Below the pieces are notes generated by a model. The model saw only the letters and a program-made list of their open reading frames with translations. It was not told the origin of the DNA and did not search any database. DNA of 63,653 bases, counting the filler, from Reticulomyxa filosa (taxonomy: Eukaryota; Protista; Foraminifera), in NCBI GenBank assembly GCA_000512085.1. It is 14 parts of 14 records of this genome, joined end to end, with 100 filler letters (N's around TTAATTAATTAA, not from the genome) between each part and the next. Parts side by side here need not be neighbours in the genome. Positions count along the whole stretch, not along the records: positions 62,227 to 63,653 come from ASPP01008373.1; 13 more parts are not named here. The stretch is one strand, 5' to 3'. This document shows positions 63,536 to 63,653 of the stretch, in pieces. The position numbers and the translations under genes are program-made. How positions within the stretch are numbered: position 1 is the first letter of the stretch; the number at the start of each line of letters is the position of its first letter.

Positions 63536-63653
63536 TAGAGCCGCTCCAGCGCCATGTCGCGCAGGCGGCCGCGCTGGATCTTGAAGCCGTTGGGCGAGGG
63601 TGTCTTGGGGAAGTCGTCGATCGCGAAGATGCGCATCGGCACCTTGTAGTTGG
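63535..63653 (-). CDS. AMP-binding (acyl-CoA synthetase-like) enzyme, C-terminal end only
   Basis: NYKVPMRIFAIDDFPKTPSPNGFKIQRGRLRDMALERL-stop matches the adenylation C-terminal YKxP...P.T...KI motif. Confidence 0.8.
   Translation of the reverse strand, partial: NYKVPMRIFAIDDFPKTPSPNGFKIQRGRLRDMALERL

Noticed and set aside
59871-63653. Bacterial genes next to the NACHT gene as horizontal transfer
   Set aside because: A linker at 62127-62226 separates them; there is no physical linkage evidence.

Overview
The window is not one locus. It is 14 unrelated contigs joined by 13 identical 100-bp artificial linkers (44 N + TTAATTAATTAA + 44 N). Contigs 1-13 (1-62126) come from an AT-rich, intron-containing eukaryote. 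The divergent alpha-tubulin, the NACHT and caspase-like families and the many pseudogenes suggest a foraminiferan/rhizarian such as Reticulomyxa (inference). Contig 14 (62227-63653) is GC-rich bacterial DNA with an IS630 element inserted between an acyl-CoA synthetase gene and a RidA gene. Recognisable eukaryotic genes: BRAP2-like E3 ligase, MPPED-like metallophosphoesterase, Rab GGTase alpha, a GT92-sulfotransferase fusion, a PPR-Smr protein, an RCC1-repeat protein, a PABP-like protein, pyridoxal kinase, 14-3-3, CHMP1, and a NACHT NTPase with a RelA/SpoT-like domain. The most striking observation is a decayed CRE-like (RLE-type) non-LTR retrotransposon (about 42600-47950, minus strand). Its polyprotein begins with a degenerate kinesin-motor-like domain in the same uninterrupted frame as the element's zinc fingers and pre-RT region. 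All calls come from reading motifs by eye; no searches were run.
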